DNA of 64,000 nt from a virus, in IMG/VR virus record IMGVR_UViG_3300027763_000026; one strand, written 5' to 3'. The notes under the pieces were generated by a model. The model was not told the DNA's origin, did not search any database, and was given only the letters and a program-made list of their open reading frames with translations. This document shows positions 62,701-64,000 of this stretch, one piece after another. Each line of letters begins with the position of its first letter. Within the stretch, counting starts at the first letter, position 1. The position numbers were made by a program, and so were the translations under genes.

Positions 62701-63585
62701 AACAATCTTAGAACCATTGGTGGTTTTGCTCGCAATCAAATTGCCTCACTAACCATACCCAATGGTGTGACAACCATTGGCAGTAGTGCATTCTATTACA
62801 ATTCAATTGATTCACTAACCATACCCAGTAGTGTGATAACCATTGGCAGTGGTGCATTTTCTTACAATGAAATGACCACATTGACCATAGGAAGCAGTGT
62901 CATAACCATTGGGCAGAACGCATTTTATTACAATCTACTTACCTCGCTAACCATACCCAACGGTGTTCAGACCATTGGCGATTTTGCATTCGCTTATAAT
63001 CAAATTGGCGGCCCATTAACCATACCCAACAGCGTCCAAAATATTGGAAGTCATGCGTTTGCTGACAATTCAATTTCATCTGTGACCATAAGCAACACTG
63101 CGACTAGCATTGGAACTTATGCGTTTAGTAACAATTTATTAACTTCAGTAATTATACCAAACAGTGTTTTAACCATTGGGAATGGCGCATTTTATAACAA
63201 TCGACTTGCCTCAGTGACCATAGGTAACAGTCTCCAAGTCATTAGTGTTGGTGCATTTAGTACCAATTTATTAACTTCAGTGACTATACCCAGCAACGTA
63301 AATAGCATTGGCAATTACGCATTTAATAACAATTCATTAACTTCAGTGACTATACCAAGTACTGTTTTAACCATTGGGCAGGGCGCATTTAGAAATAATT
63401 CTTCACTTACCACAGTGAACTGCTACACAACACGAACAGCTTTTGTTGCTAATAATGCGTTTTTCAATGTTGGTGCATTGACCATTCATGCAAGAATATC
63501 AGATAACACTTGGACTGCCGCACCTAGCCCTGGCGTAACGTTTCAAGGAAAGACTGGCGTTATAATCATCAAAGATTTGACTTAA
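59785..63585 (+). CDS. 1266-aa protein with two LamG-like domains and a long BspA-type leucine-rich repeat array (putative adhesin or tail fibre)
   Basis: WYHVCVTQD...WYVNG...YGVWNRALT; WQHIAFVR...YMDEFRI; about 30 LTSITIPNSVTSIGxxAF-type repeats. Confidence 0.85.
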   Translation: MAFIVKRDALPSPLLNGLLAYWKLNTTSWLDSSENQNTLSVTNGLSSNITIETGKITNATRFNYNKTFLEKSDFQFPNYWTQSFWVKIISDNVTDDNSEGEGTYPCFFDSGYISGARIAFVGGEHNCRNNWIYSNPPGDNYGQVFSLELNEWYHVCVTQDSSGLKWYVNGSLYITDEGALTERSGTGLAIGAQTAGNDPESRFYAAQGDYSICEYGVWNRALTQSEIKQLYNSGSGITYPFYSSLLLHMDGANGSTNFTDSSINDLPITVNANPQISTAQSKFGGSSAYFDGDGSYLDVSNLPSDYLSQDFTIEAWVWVDDSKINSCLFNTFPHNSFGVSLNREYTGGRTSFGVGDGVNWDVVIESDTPLSFNTWQHIAFVRSNNTITLYENGIARASTNYMPTGFSTSCRIGSITWDGGLNGEEYKGYMDEFRIIKYAAYTSNFTPPTQPFEFSGARSLIIKKNTTFKIPRTFEFILTSRAFNSSGNQVGEENTGDIPQGWMNNQNCTSVTFANNNSVTSIGSYAFDGTSLATATIPNSVTSIGDYAFKNCLTSVTFAAPSSLTSIGNYAFKCSNLTSITIPNSVTSIGAHSFEQCTSLATVTLPTNINFTSIGANSFKSCTSLTSITIPNSVTSIGNYAFDGTSLTSITIPNSVTSIGSYAFHQCSSLTSITIPSSVLSIGGYAFQNCSALATATIGNSVTSIGNYMFQNCSSLATVTFTPNSSVTSIGDYAFAGTIFNSITIPNNVNSIGNRAFEGCGLASITIPNNVISIGAYAFSGCTSLATVTIGTSVTTLGDAVFKNCSSLTSITIPNTVNSIPYYAFRGTNLGTVTFTPTSTVTSIGSYAFAYLPLSSVTIPNSVLSIGVRAFFSCSSLNTLTIGTSVTTIGSSAFAYTALTNLTIPNSVLTIEPEAFNQCNLNTLTIGTSVTTIGSSAFAYSALTSVTIPSSVTTIGENAFKENSISSLTIIGNNLRTIGGFARNQIASLTIPNGVTTIGSSAFYYNSIDSLTIPSSVITIGSGAFSYNEMTTLTIGSSVITIGQNAFYYNLLTSLTIPNGVQTIGDFAFAYNQIGGPLTIPNSVQNIGSHAFADNSISSVTISNTATSIGTYAFSNNLLTSVIIPNSVLTIGNGAFYNNRLASVTIGNSLQVISVGAFSTNLLTSVTIPSNVNSIGNYAFNNNSLTSVTIPSTVLTIGQGAFRNNSSLTTVNCYTTRTAFVANNAFFNVGALTIHARISDNTWTAAPSPGVTFQGKTGVIIIKDLT
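62412..62604 (+). repeat. Exact 61-bp direct repeat within the LRR array (62412-62472 and 62544-62604)
   Basis: cctaaacacactcactattggcactagcgtaacaaccattggaagttctgcgtttgcttat occurs twice, 132 nt apart. Confidence 0.9.
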
Positions 63586-63597
63586 TTTTCATTTTAA

Positions 63598-63632
63598 TTG
63601 ACAAAATATATTATAGAAAATATAATATATAT
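63598..63632 (+). promoter_or_regulatory. Consensus sigma70 promoter in leaderless geometry
   Basis: TTGACA(63598-603)-N17-TATAAT(63621-626)-N6-ATG. Confidence 0.85.
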
Positions 63633-64000
63633 ATGAGTAAAACAATTCACTTTGTATCTGGGCTGCCTAGAGCAGGATCAACATTATTAATGAATCTTTT
63701 AGCACAAAATCCTAAAGTTCATTCAACCGCCACTAGTGGACTTCATGAAATAGGTTATATTGCTAGACAATTTCATAGCACAGAAGAGTTTAAGACTATC
63801 CCCAATCCAAGAGATGGCGAGACTTTATTCTATGACTACGTGAAGGGTGGATGTGAAAATGCTTTTAATAGATTAACAGATAGACCTATCGTAGCTGATA
63901 AATGCCGTTCTTGGGTTGGGCATCTTGATATGCTCTTTGCTATTTGGCCTAACGCAAAAGTGCTAGTGCCAGTTCGTGATATGCGTGCGATCCTATCTTC
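63633..64000 (+). CDS. Sulfotransferase (partial, runs off the window edge)
   Basis: HFVSGLPRAGSTLL...IVADKCR...PVRDMRAILS. Confidence 0.8.
   Translation, partial: MSKTIHFVSGLPRAGSTLLMNLLAQNPKVHSTATSGLHEIGYIARQFHSTEEFKTIPNPRDGETLFYDYVKGGCENAFNRLTDRPIVADKCRSWVGHLDMLFAIWPNAKVLVPVRDMRAILS

Noticed and set aside
61300-63400. CRISPR array
   Set aside because: Repeats are in-frame degenerate LRR codons without unique spacers; no array seen elsewhere in the window
1-64000. Stop-codon reassignment (alternative genetic code)
   Set aside because: Long conserved genes (nrdA, rIIA, ligase, purA) are intact under the standard code and end at ordinary stops

Overview
A 64-kb segment of a large, AT-rich (roughly 30% GC by eye) dsDNA tailed-phage genome. 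It is not a bacterial chromosome: it carries rIIA/rIIB, nrdAB, an ATP-dependent ligase, a dNMP kinase, a phage sigma factor, a tmRNA with an adjacent HNH nuclease, and dozens of tiny hypothetical genes. PEP-CTERM proteins, an H-X9-DG prepilin-like protein and autotransporter-type beta-strand repeats point to a PVC-superphylum host (probably Verrucomicrobiota); this is inference. Layout: 1-30 kb is a leftward array of small genes plus DNA-repair genes. 30-39 kb is a glycan/sulfation/methylation island with a ~14%-Cys protein and a SET protein. 39-52 kb holds the tmRNA and nucleotide metabolism. 52-64 kb is a rightward block of secreted/surface proteins. Main leads: (1) a phage-borne PEP-CTERM x3 + prepilin cassette, two members of which share a variant sorting signal differing only by synonymous changes; (2) two unannotated promoter-delimited structured RNAs, a ~195-nt sRNA with a c-di-GMP-I (GEMM)-like junction and a ~285-nt multi-helix RNA upstream of nrdA; (3) an apparently leaderless expression architecture with two promoter classes (-10 box-N6-ATG and GTGTAA-N8-start). 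All family assignments come from motif recognition by eye; no searches were run.
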